Assembly: GCA_032249175.1 (NCBI GenBank)
Contig: JAVVGK010000003.1
Location: 1 to 35,525 of the forward strand
Source of the DNA: Candidatus Hydrothermia bacterium
GTDB lineage: Bacteria; Hydrothermota; Hydrothermia; LBFQ01; DSFT01
Length of the DNA stretch: 35,525 nucleotides
Direction: 5' to 3'
Made by a program: the position numbers and the translations under genes. The notes below the pieces were generated by a model that was not told where the DNA came from, did no database searches, and saw only the letters and a list, made by a program, of their open reading frames with translations. Below are positions 1 to 7,935 of the stretch, one piece after another (the first letter of the stretch is position 1; every line of letters begins with the position of its first letter).

Positions 1-119
1 TTAGGGGGGCGAAGCCCCCCAAGGCATAAAAATGGGCATTTTTAAGCCGAAGGCTTAATTTAAGGGTGGGTGGGAAAAATATAATAAAATAAATGATTTC
101 AGAATTATTGGACAAGGCA
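1..119 (+). repeat. Intergenic repeat unit A (left part cut by the window edge) of the ~190-bp inverted-end repeat family
   Basis: GGGGGGC-GAA-GCCCCCC hairpin (4-20), TTAAGCC-GAA-GGCTTAA hairpin (42-58), AGGGTGGGTGGGAAAA tract and right end TTATTGGACAAGGCA (105-119). The same ordered motifs recur at 4053-4446 and 11166-11474. Confidence 0.9.
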
Positions 120-137
120 CACAAAACTTATATTTAT

Positions 138-158
138 GCTTTAAAATTTTAATAAATT
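138..158 (+). promoter_or_regulatory. Putative -10 element GCTTTAAAAT, near-leaderless start of mnmA
   Basis: TAAAAT at 142-147, 11 nt before ATG 159, no Shine-Dalgarno. The same motif precedes most unit-leading genes. Confidence 0.6.
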
Positions 159-1199
159 ATGAATAATAAGGTTGTTCTTGGGATTTCGGGTGGTGTTGAT
201 AGCTCAGTAGCAATACATTTATTGAAAGAAATGGGATATGAAGTTATTGGAGTTAATGTTGTTCTTTATGATGAAAGTAAGAATAAGAGGGCATGTTGCT
301 CAATTGAAGCATTAAGGCTTGCTTATAAAGTAGCTAAAAAATTCAATATTCCATTTAAGGTTGTAAATTATTCAAAAGAATTTAAAAGTGGAATTGTGAA
401 AATGTTCATAGATGAATACTTGAAAGGAAATACACCAAATGTTTGTGTATTTTGTAATAGAGATTATAAAATGAAAGTTTTATTTGATTATGCTAAAAGC
501 ATAAATGCCAAATTTTCAACAGGACATTATGCAAAGATTGGAGAATTTAGAGGTAGAAAAGTTATAATGAAAGGAATTGATGAAAATAAAGATCAGTCTT
601 ACTTTTTAAGCTATTTAACAAGGGAAATGGTTGATAACTTAATTTTACCTATTGGAAATTTTACGAAAGATGAAGTTAGGAAAATAGCTCTTGAGCTTGG
701 GCTTATAAATGCTACGAGAATTGATTCTATGGATATTTGTTTTGTAGATGGTGACTATCGTTCCTTTATAGTTGAAAAAGGAAATTATGAGCCAAAAGAG
801 GGTTATTTTGTAGATAAATTTGGTAATATAATTGGAAAACATAAAGGATATGCTTTATATACAATTGGACAAAGAAGGGGTTTAAATATTGCTCTTGGTA
901 AAAGAGCTTATGTAATTGATATTATTCCCGAGGATAATGTCGTCGTTGTTGGTTTTGAAGAGGATGCTTATAGCTCTTTTATAAGATTAAAGAATTTGAA
1001 TTTTTTTGTTGAAGTAGAAAATGAATTTATTGCTCAGGTAAAAATTAGAAATGTTCATAAACCTGCTAATGCTTTGATAAAAGTTTTTAAAAATTATGCG
1101 GAAGTTGAATTTGAAAAGCCACAATTTTCACCAGCAAGAGGACAAATTGGTGCTATTTATATTGATGATTATTTAATTGGAGCAGGAATAATTGCCTAA
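159..1199 (+). CDS. mnmA: tRNA-specific 2-thiouridylase MnmA (CxxC type)
   Basis: SGGVDS PP-loop, TPNVCVFCN, TGHYA, KDQSYFL, DSMDICF, YTIGQRRGL motifs. Confidence 0.96.
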   Translation: MNNKVVLGISGGVDSSVAIHLLKEMGYEVIGVNVVLYDESKNKRACCSIEALRLAYKVAKKFNIPFKVVNYSKEFKSGIVKMFIDEYLKGNTPNVCVFCNRDYKMKVLFDYAKSINAKFSTGHYAKIGEFRGRKVIMKGIDENKDQSYFLSYLTREMVDNLILPIGNFTKDEVRKIALELGLINATRIDSMDICFVDGDYRSFIVEKGNYEPKEGYFVDKFGNIIGKHKGYALYTIGQRRGLNIALGKRAYVIDIIPEDNVVVVGFEEDAYSSFIRLKNLNFFVEVENEFIAQVKIRNVHKPANALIKVFKNYAEVEFEKPQFSPARGQIGAIYIDDYLIGAGIIA

Positions 1200-2086
1200 T
1201 GGAAGTTAAAAAATTTTTAAAATTCTTCAAAATTTTCATAATTTTTTATATTGTTATTAGTTTTGCTTGGATTTTAATTTTTTCAGGAAGAGAATTTTTC
1301 AAAATTATTTCTTATGTTAATTTTTTCTTTGTTTTTTTAGGTTTTTTAAATTGGTTTTTATTTTTAATTCTTGATGGTTTGAGATTAATTCTAATTTCAA
1401 GAGGCTTAAAGAAACAATTAAGTTTATTAACATCTATTGAATTTATAACTTCTGGTTCTTTTCTTGCGTTAATTACACCATTTGGTAGTGGTGGTCTTCC
1501 TTATCAAATATGGCTTTTAAATAAATATGGATTTTCAATTTCTCAAACAATAAGTTTAATTATTTTAAGAGGAATTTGTATATTTATTCCATATTTAACA
1601 TTTTTGCCCTTTGTAATTAATTTTTTAAAAACAACGATTTCAAAAATTTTTTTATTTTATTCATTTTTTATTGCTGTTTTATTTTTGATTTTCGTTTTAT
1701 TGAAAAAGAATTATCGTCAAGCATTAAAGCGAATAGATTTTAAATTCCTAATTTTAGCCTTGTTAATTAGCTTTCCAATTCAATCCTTGTATTTAAGTTT
1801 TCTTTATATTGTTCTTAAAGCATTTTCAATAAAAGTTGAATTTTTAGAAGCTTTTTTTAAACAAATTATAATGCAACTTTCAACTTATTTTCAAATTACA
1901 CCTGGCGGACTTGGTATTTCAGAAATTATTTCCTCAATTATAATAAGTGAAAATTTGGATTTTAAATTTATTGGTTTTGTAGTAGTTCTTTGGAGATTTT
2001 TTAGTGGTTATTTAAATGGATTTTTTGGATTTTATTTTGTTTTTAAAAGATTTTATTCCTCAAATACTAAAACACTCTCTTCATAA
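1199..2086 (+). CDS. Lysylphosphatidylglycerol-synthase TM domain / flippase-like membrane protein (UPF0104)
   Basis: Multi-pass hydrophobic protein with ITPFGSGGLP, TPGGLGISE and LWRFF motifs. Confidence 0.8.
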   Translation: MEVKKFLKFFKIFIIFYIVISFAWILIFSGREFFKIISYVNFFFVFLGFLNWFLFLILDGLRLILISRGLKKQLSLLTSIEFITSGSFLALITPFGSGGLPYQIWLLNKYGFSISQTISLIILRGICIFIPYLTFLPFVINFLKTTISKIFLFYSFFIAVLFLIFVLLKKNYRQALKRIDFKFLILALLISFPIQSLYLSFLYIVLKAFSIKVEFLEAFFKQIIMQLSTYFQITPGGLGISEIISSIIISENLDFKFIGFVVVLWRFFSGYLNGFFGFYFVFKRFYSSNTKTLSS

Positions 2087-2766
2087 ATTCTAAATTTCCT
2101 ATTTTTTAAATGCTCTTTAAATTCTAAAATTAATTTTTCATCATTAAGGACATTTAAAGGAACTTTTAAATACAAAATTCTATTTTGAACTTTAAACCTT
2201 GTAATACCTGATGGGATTTTTAAATTGTTTTTGGCAAGAAATAAAAAAAAATTATGATTTAATTTTGGAAAAATTATTCCTTCAATTAACTGCTCCCTTA
2301 AAACTCTTTCATAGTTTAAGTTTTTAACCTCATTTAAAAAATTTAAAAATTTGAATTTGTCTGAAAATTTTACTAAAAATGTTTCTTTTGATTTTATAAG
2401 AATTTCATAATTCTTAGGCATTCTAATATCATAAGTGATTTTTAAATCAAATGTTTTTAAAAAATTTTTAAATTCTTCATTAACATTAAACTGCCAAGCC
2501 CAACTGCTTAACTTTATTCTCTTTTTATGATAATTAACAAGTTGAATAGGAATGAACTTAACATTTAAATTTTTTAAAGCGAAAAATCTATGTGTTCCGT
2601 CTAAAATAATAATTTTGTTTTTTATTTTTGTAGTTAAAATAGGATGATTTATAAATCCATCATTTTTAATTTTTGATATTAAGGCATTTAATTTTTCAAT
2701 AGATGGCTCTTCGTGTGGAATTATCTCTTTTGGTTCTAAGAATTCAATTTCATTCAAAGTTGTCAT
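2053..2766 (-). CDS. ParB/Srx-fold protein, SbnI/SerK-like free serine kinase
   Basis: IIPHE, FINHPIL, ILDGTHR, IPSGITRF, RILYLKVPL and C-terminal FRIYEESVLVFE match recalled S. aureus SbnI motifs (LHE, FIRHPIL, IDGVHR, VPAGVTRF, RCLNLQVPL, MRCYTEKVYLVE). Confidence 0.75.
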   Translation of the reverse strand: MTTLNEIEFLEPKEIIPHEEPSIEKLNALISKIKNDGFINHPILTTKIKNKIIILDGTHRFFALKNLNVKFIPIQLVNYHKKRIKLSSWAWQFNVNEEFKNFLKTFDLKITYDIRMPKNYEILIKSKETFLVKFSDKFKFLNFLNEVKNLNYERVLREQLIEGIIFPKLNHNFFLFLAKNNLKIPSGITRFKVQNRILYLKVPLNVLNDEKLILEFKEHLKNRKFRIYEESVLVFEE

Positions 2767-3979
2767 TTAATATCTCCAAAAATCTATTTTTGACTTTATC
2801 TATTTGAATTTTTTCAATTGCGAACTCAAAATGACCAAGAACCATTAGTTTTTTAGCATTATTTTCATCTATTCCTCTTGATTTTAAATAAAATAATTTT
2901 TCATAATCTATTTCACTAACTGTTGCAGAATGAGTACATCTAACATCATTAGCTGATATTTCAAGACCTGGGATAGCATCTGACCTTGTTCCCGGATTTA
3001 ATAAAATTGTATGCTCTTGTAAATAAGCGTTGGATTTTTGAGCTTTTGGAAAAATTTTAATTAAACCATCAAAATGACTTCTTGCTTTATCTTTTAAAGC
3101 ACCTCTTACAAGAACATTTCCGACACTATTTCCAACCCTATGCATTAATTTTGAATACAAACTATAAAATTGCTCATCTCTTCCAAAGAAAATTTGAGTA
3201 TCTTCTCCTTCACAACCTTCTCCATTCATAAATAATTCCATATAATTTACAGTATATTTTCCGCCTATCCATATGTGATTTATATAACCTTTGCTATATC
3301 TATTTAAAATTGCTCTTCTTCTTGAAAATGAATAAACATTTAAATTAAGGTCGTAAATTGAAGAGAAGTTTAAAACTGATTCATCATTTATATAAATTTC
3401 ATATATAGGACTATAAAATCCTGAAATTTTTTCATTTATAGAGTGTGCTTCATCAACATAGCTAAATTTTGAGCCTTTATCAAGAACTATTAAAATATGA
3501 GGATAAATTGCTATTTCATTTGAACTATGGACAAACAACACTTGAAAAGGTTTTTCAATAATTAAGTTTTTAGGAACATATATGAATAGTCCTGTTTTTA
3601 AATTTAAATAATGATTGGCAGTAAATTTATCTTCATTTGGACTGACAATTTTTGAAAAATAAGCAGAGAAGTTAAAATCAATGTTATTGAAAGCATAAAT
3701 CAGTTCTTCAATAATAAGCCCTTTTTCTTTTAAATTATTATCATAATCAATTGAAATTAGATTATTATTTACAAATAAAGCAAAACCAATTGTATCTTTT
3801 TCTTCTTTAATAATTGATTTTATATAGTCTGAAAGTTCCTCTTTTAAGGTTGTTTCAGTAGTGAAGTTCTCAGGTTTAAGAATTCTATAATCTACATATT
3901 TATTTCTTAAAGGCTCACTTTCTTTATAGGTTTTAAGGGCAATTTCTTTTATTTCATCTAAAAATTTGGTTTGAATCAT
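2750..3979 (-). CDS. sufD: Fe-S cluster assembly protein SufD (SufB/D family)
   Basis: GLFIYVP, RGALKDKARSHFDGLIKI, PGLEISANDVRCTHSATV, LFYLKSRGI motifs. Confidence 0.85.
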   Translation of the reverse strand: MIQTKFLDEIKEIALKTYKESEPLRNKYVDYRILKPENFTTETTLKEELSDYIKSIIKEEKDTIGFALFVNNNLISIDYDNNLKEKGLIIEELIYAFNNIDFNFSAYFSKIVSPNEDKFTANHYLNLKTGLFIYVPKNLIIEKPFQVLFVHSSNEIAIYPHILIVLDKGSKFSYVDEAHSINEKISGFYSPIYEIYINDESVLNFSSIYDLNLNVYSFSRRRAILNRYSKGYINHIWIGGKYTVNYMELFMNGEGCEGEDTQIFFGRDEQFYSLYSKLMHRVGNSVGNVLVRGALKDKARSHFDGLIKIFPKAQKSNAYLQEHTILLNPGTRSDAIPGLEISANDVRCTHSATVSEIDYEKLFYLKSRGIDENNAKKLMVLGHFEFAIEKIQIDKVKNRFLEILNDNFE

Positions 3980-3997
3980 ATTGAAAGTTTAAAGCAT
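3980..3997 (-). promoter_or_regulatory. Putative -10 element (ATGCTTTAAACT) directly before sufD ATG, leaderless
   Basis: Minus strand reads atgctttaaactttcaatATG; TAAACT (3991-3986) is 6 nt from the ATG. Confidence 0.55.
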
Positions 3998-4052
3998 TCA
4001 AAGTAAGCCTTCTTATTTTTAGAGTGAGTGAGAAAATGAGGCGATTTTGACT

Positions 4053-4236
4053 TGCTTTGTCCAATAAATAGTATTAAGTAATTGAAAACTAATAACTTAT
4101 AAAAACTTTAATGAAGTTATATGCTTTACGGGGGGACTATTAGGGGAGACGAAGTTTATAAGCCTTAGGCTTATTTTTAGGGTGGTTGGGCAAAATAAAG
4201 AAAAATAAATACTTCCAGAATTATTTAGACAAGCCA
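4053..4236 (+). repeat. Repeat unit B (184 bp), complete with both inverted ends
   Basis: Left end TGCTTTGTCCAATAA (4053-4067), right end TTATTTAGACAAGCCA (4221-4236), ATAAGCC-TTA-GGCTTAT hairpin (4158-4174), AGGGTGGTTGGG tract. Confidence 0.88.
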
Positions 4237-4245
4237 ACAAACATT

Positions 4246-4446
4246 TGCTTTGTCCAATAAATAGTGTTAAGTAATTAATAATCAGTAAGCTATAAAAAAT
4301 TTTCTAAAACTATTGATTTAATTGGGGGATTTAAAGGGCAAAGCCCCCACGTCAAAAAATCGGGTTTTTTAAAGCCGAAGGCTTAATTTGAGGGTGGGTG
4401 GGAAAATAAAGTAATAATCGTAATTTTAGAATTATTAGACAATACA
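4246..4446 (+). repeat. Repeat unit C (201 bp), tandem to unit B (period 193 bp, 9-bp gap)
   Basis: Left end TGCTTTGTCCAATAA (4246-4260), GGGC-AAA-GCCC (4336-4346), AAGCC-GAA-GGCTT (4372-4384), AGGGTGGGTGGGAAAAT, right end TTATTAGACAATACA (4432-4446). Confidence 0.9.
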
Positions 4447-4482
4447 AAAAAACATTATATCTTTTCCTTTAAAATTTTAAAT

Positions 4483-5676
4483 ATGTTTTTTTGTATCATT
4501 TCAAACATTCTTCAAATTGAAATAAATGGTCCAATAACACCAATCACTTCAAGCTATGTTAAAAGAGCTATTAAAACTGCTAATGAAAAAAATTATGATT
4601 TTATCTTAATGATTATAAATACACCTGGTGGTCTTGAGAGTGCTATGAGAGAAATTGTTAAGGAGATACTAAATTCAAAAGTTAAAGTAATAGCTTATGT
4701 TTATCCAAGTGGCTCAAGAGCTGCTTCCGCTGGTGTTTTTATCGTTCTTGCTTCTCATATTACTGCTATGGCAAGTAGCACAAACATAGGCTCAGCAAGT
4801 CCCGTTTCTCTAACAGGTGGAATGGATTCTGTTATGCAAAAGAAAGTTATGAATGATGCTAATGCTTTCTTAAAGAGCATATTAAAGACAAGGAATAAGC
4901 CAGAATTTTGGTCTGATAGTTTTGTAATATACGCAAAATCTTATTCCTCTTCGCAGATGAAGGAATTTGGACTTATTGATTATTTAGTTGATAATGTAAG
5001 TGATTTGCTTGATAGTTTAGATGTAAAGAACAAAGTTATTGATAAGCTTGATATGAGTTTAAGAGAAAAAATTCTTGAAAAAATAGCAGATCCAAATATA
5101 GCTTATTTTCTTCTGATTATAGGATTATATGGAATCATATTTGAATTAGCAAGTCCAGGTTGGGGCATATCAGGAACAATTGGCATTATTGCTTTACTTT
5201 TAGCGTTATTTGCACTTCAAGTTTTAAGTGCTAATTTAGTTGGATTATTACTCATTATTATAGCTTTTATTCTATTTTTTGCTGAAATAAAATTACAAAC
5301 AGGTGGTTTTTTGGCAATTGGTGGAACAATATCATTTTTAATTGGCTCTTTAATGCTTTTTGATATTTCAAATCCTCAAATAAGAATATCAATTTTTAGT
5401 ATTTTAACTGCTTTGATTTTTACGTTAATTTTCTTTTTTGTAATAATTGCTTTTGCTATTAAGGCGCTTAGACAAAAACCACAAACGGGTTCAGAATCCG
5501 TTATTGGGAAGGTTGGTGTTGCTATTGAGGATTTTCAAAAGGGTGAAGGTAGGATTATGATTCTTGGAGAAATTTGGTTTGCACAAAGTAATGACATTAT
5601 ATTGAAAGATAATAAGGTTGAAGTAATAGGTATTGAAGGATTAACTTTGAAAGTGAGAAAAATAAATAGCTCTTAA
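4483..5676 (+). CDS. nfeD: Long-form NfeD membrane-bound serine protease (ClpP-like domain + TM + OB fold)
   Basis: INTPGGL, GSRAASAG, TNIGSASPV, DPNIAYFLL, FELASPG and C-terminal GEIWFAQS...VEVIGIEGLTLKV; TAAAAT box at 4470-4475, 7 nt before ATG. Confidence 0.9.
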   Translation: MFFCIISNILQIEINGPITPITSSYVKRAIKTANEKNYDFILMIINTPGGLESAMREIVKEILNSKVKVIAYVYPSGSRAASAGVFIVLASHITAMASSTNIGSASPVSLTGGMDSVMQKKVMNDANAFLKSILKTRNKPEFWSDSFVIYAKSYSSSQMKEFGLIDYLVDNVSDLLDSLDVKNKVIDKLDMSLREKILEKIADPNIAYFLLIIGLYGIIFELASPGWGISGTIGIIALLLALFALQVLSANLVGLLLIIIAFILFFAEIKLQTGGFLAIGGTISFLIGSLMLFDISNPQIRISIFSILTALIFTLIFFFVIIAFAIKALRQKPQTGSESVIGKVGVAIEDFQKGEGRIMILGEIWFAQSNDIILKDNKVEVIGIEGLTLKVRKINSS

Positions 5677-6156
5677 AACATAAATTAAAAATGCTAAAAT
5701 TGAGCTTAAAATTGAAAAAATTAAAGATAAAAATTTAAATTCAAAATTAAGTAAATAACTAATAACCATAAAGTAAAAGAAAAAACCTGCAATTTTCCCA
5801 AAAACATTAGAGCCTTCAATTTTCTTTTTATTAAACCATAAAAATACTGCCCCAATTATTAAAATAAATTCTCTTATTAAAAAAAATAATAATGCCCAAT
5901 TTGGCAAATTCTTATAGATAACAAGTCCATAAACAATAACAAAAACTAATAGTTTATCTACAAGATGGTCATAGGCTTTCCCAAATTCTCTATTTTGAAT
6001 TTTTAATTTCCTTGAAATTATGCCGTCAAAAATATCTGTAATGAATGCAATTATTAAAAGAATAATTGTTAGAATTTCATTTTTTGAAATTGATAAGAAA
6101 ATAAATGGAACTAATACTAATCTAATTGTTGTTAAAATATCTGGAATTAAAATCAA
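5641..6156 (-). CDS. CDP-alcohol phosphatidyltransferase (PgsA-like)
   Basis: PDILTTIRL and TDIFDGIISR...GKAYDHLVDK signature; TTG start overlaps the upstream stop (TTGA). Confidence 0.9.
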   Translation of the reverse strand: MILIPDILTTIRLVLVPFIFLSISKNEILTIILLIIAFITDIFDGIISRKLKIQNREFGKAYDHLVDKLLVFVIVYGLVIYKNLPNWALLFFLIREFILIIGAVFLWFNKKKIEGSNVFGKIAGFFFYFMVISYLLNFEFKFLSLIFSILSSILAFLIYVLRAIYFSHFQS

Positions 6157-7904
6157 TACCCTTTAAAATAATCAGGTTTTATCGGCTTGTATATATCACT
6201 TTCGGTTTTCCTTGTAAATTTCCAAATAGGTATATGATAACTTAATCCAAACTTAAGGCTAAATCCAAAATTTTGAACATATTTAGAACCATCAAAGTAA
6301 TAATCATTAGCATATCTTAAATCCAAACTTAAAACATAAAAAGGCATATCCCACGCTTTACCCCAACTACCAAATCCAACTTTTATTCCTCCACCATAAA
6401 TTAAGTCTCTTGGATAGAAAGCAGTTCCAACTACACCATAAGGCATTATTGAAATTGCCCTATTTCCAAGTGAAGGTCCAAGTTTTAATGAAAATCTTGA
6501 TTCTTTAACTCTCTCTTTTATTTGTGAGGGTAGTGTAGTATCTTTTCTTAATTTAAATGTTATATTTTCAAAGTCTAAACCAATGCCAAATCCAAATGGC
6601 TTATTTTTCATATATTTAAAGAATATAAAATCAAATGGAACAATTTTTAATTCATTGCTTGCCTGGAAATTAACACCAGCATTTAAAGTCCATAATAAGA
6701 ATGTTCTTTCATTTTGAGGATTAAATATAAATGGTGCTATTACATAATCAGAATGATTATATAAAATTCTTAAACCAAATGAAACCTTTGGAAGTAATTT
6801 TGAGGAATAAACATTATAATCATTAAAATAATTAGTATCAGGTTTGCTTCTTAAAATATAGGTCTTCATAGGATCGTAAAATAAACCATTATATGCTTTT
6901 GTCATTCCTACATCAAGATAAAATATGTTCCATCTAATTGCTAATCCGAAATCATAACCCCCACCTCTTAAATTTCTTCCATCCGTTGCATAACCAAATG
7001 AGAAATATGGTCCAATATCATAACTTTTTGTTCCAAAATATGGTCTAAATTTAAAGTAAATAAATGATGGTAAATTGTAATAATTCAAAAGTGGTGTTTT
7101 TGGCTCGTAATTAACTCTTCTAAGACCAATTGTCCATTCATTTCCATACTTTTTAAGTGGAAAATATCTATAAAGACCAATTTCATAAATATAATCAAAG
7201 TAGGAGCTATCTGAAAACATCCTTTGAGTGTATATTGTAAATACTACAAAATTTCTTTCTTCTGCCTTTTCTACAATATCTCCATGATAATATCTTGTAT
7301 ATGTTTCTTCATCCCATTCCCTAAATGGATATGTGCTTGTAAAGAAAAGTGGATTTATTGCTACTGAAAAATAAAAATTCCTTATAATGCTATCTTGATT
7401 TTTAACCCAATTTTCATTATTATACCTTTTTATAACATATTGTCCATAACCAAAATAGGCAGTTATTAGTGAAAAATGCTCATGATATAGTAGTCCAATT
7501 TTTATTCCAACTGATGATGAGAATGTTGGACCATAAAGTAAGGTATCTCCATACTTTGGATCAGAAACTAAAATTCTTTTAACTGACCTTGGTTTGAAGT
7601 ATCCAAAACTAAGAACGGGTGATATATAAAAGAATTTTTTTCCAAGAGCAGGTCCAAGAAAAATTTGAAAGCCTGGGAAATAATATAAAGCAGTATCACT
7701 TGATGATATTTCAGAAGCATATATGTTTCCAAAATGGATTTGTGAGCCAAGCGTAAAACCTACAAGTCCATTAGTGAAGGCAGTATAAGAGGCTTCCCAA
7801 TATCCAATAACTCTATTTTGGAATTGAGGATTTATATAAGCTCCTATCCCAAAGAACTTAGTTTTTGGAACATCTACGAAGAGGCCAAAGGTAATGTGAA
7901 GCAT
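6153..7904 (-). CDS. Hypothetical Gly/aromatic-rich beta-strand protein, probably outer membrane, with three diverged internal repeats
   Basis: Amphipathic beta pattern with recurring GP(A/S)LGxK...ISP/IMP segments. ATG at 7904 preferred over TTG 7910 because a -10 box lies 6 nt upstream. Confidence 0.6.
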   Translation of the reverse strand: MLHITFGLFVDVPKTKFFGIGAYINPQFQNRVIGYWEASYTAFTNGLVGFTLGSQIHFGNIYASEISSSDTALYYFPGFQIFLGPALGKKFFYISPVLSFGYFKPRSVKRILVSDPKYGDTLLYGPTFSSSVGIKIGLLYHEHFSLITAYFGYGQYVIKRYNNENWVKNQDSIIRNFYFSVAINPLFFTSTYPFREWDEETYTRYYHGDIVEKAEERNFVVFTIYTQRMFSDSSYFDYIYEIGLYRYFPLKKYGNEWTIGLRRVNYEPKTPLLNYYNLPSFIYFKFRPYFGTKSYDIGPYFSFGYATDGRNLRGGGYDFGLAIRWNIFYLDVGMTKAYNGLFYDPMKTYILRSKPDTNYFNDYNVYSSKLLPKVSFGLRILYNHSDYVIAPFIFNPQNERTFLLWTLNAGVNFQASNELKIVPFDFIFFKYMKNKPFGFGIGLDFENITFKLRKDTTLPSQIKERVKESRFSLKLGPSLGNRAISIMPYGVVGTAFYPRDLIYGGGIKVGFGSWGKAWDMPFYVLSLDLRYANDYYFDGSKYVQNFGFSLKFGLSYHIPIWKFTRKTESDIYKPIKPDYFKGY

Positions 7905-7935
7905 AACCAAATTTTAAGGCTTTAAAATTTCAAGT
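7905..7935. promoter_or_regulatory. Compact bidirectional promoter with back-to-back TAAAAT boxes
   Basis: ATTTTA(7911-7916)-AGGCTT-TAAAAT(7923-7928); the boxes lie 6 and 7 nt from divergent ATGs. Confidence 0.65.

Noticed and set aside
63-74. G-quadruplex at GGGTGGGTGGG
   Set aside because: Only three adjacent G-runs; the fourth is far away and tied up in a hairpin, so an intramolecular G4 is not supported.
2053-2766. ParB partition protein
   Set aside because: No HTH or dimerisation domain and no parA; the full-length motif match is to SbnI-like kinases.
4237-4245. 9-bp target-site duplication flanking the units
   Set aside because: The sequence before unit B (ATTTTGACT) does not match the gap sequence, and A-rich gap-like sequence follows several right ends, so it may be part of the unit.
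4053-4446. CRISPR array
   Set aside because: The period is 193 bp and the sequence between the conserved ends is homologous between units, not unique spacers; no cas genes in the window.
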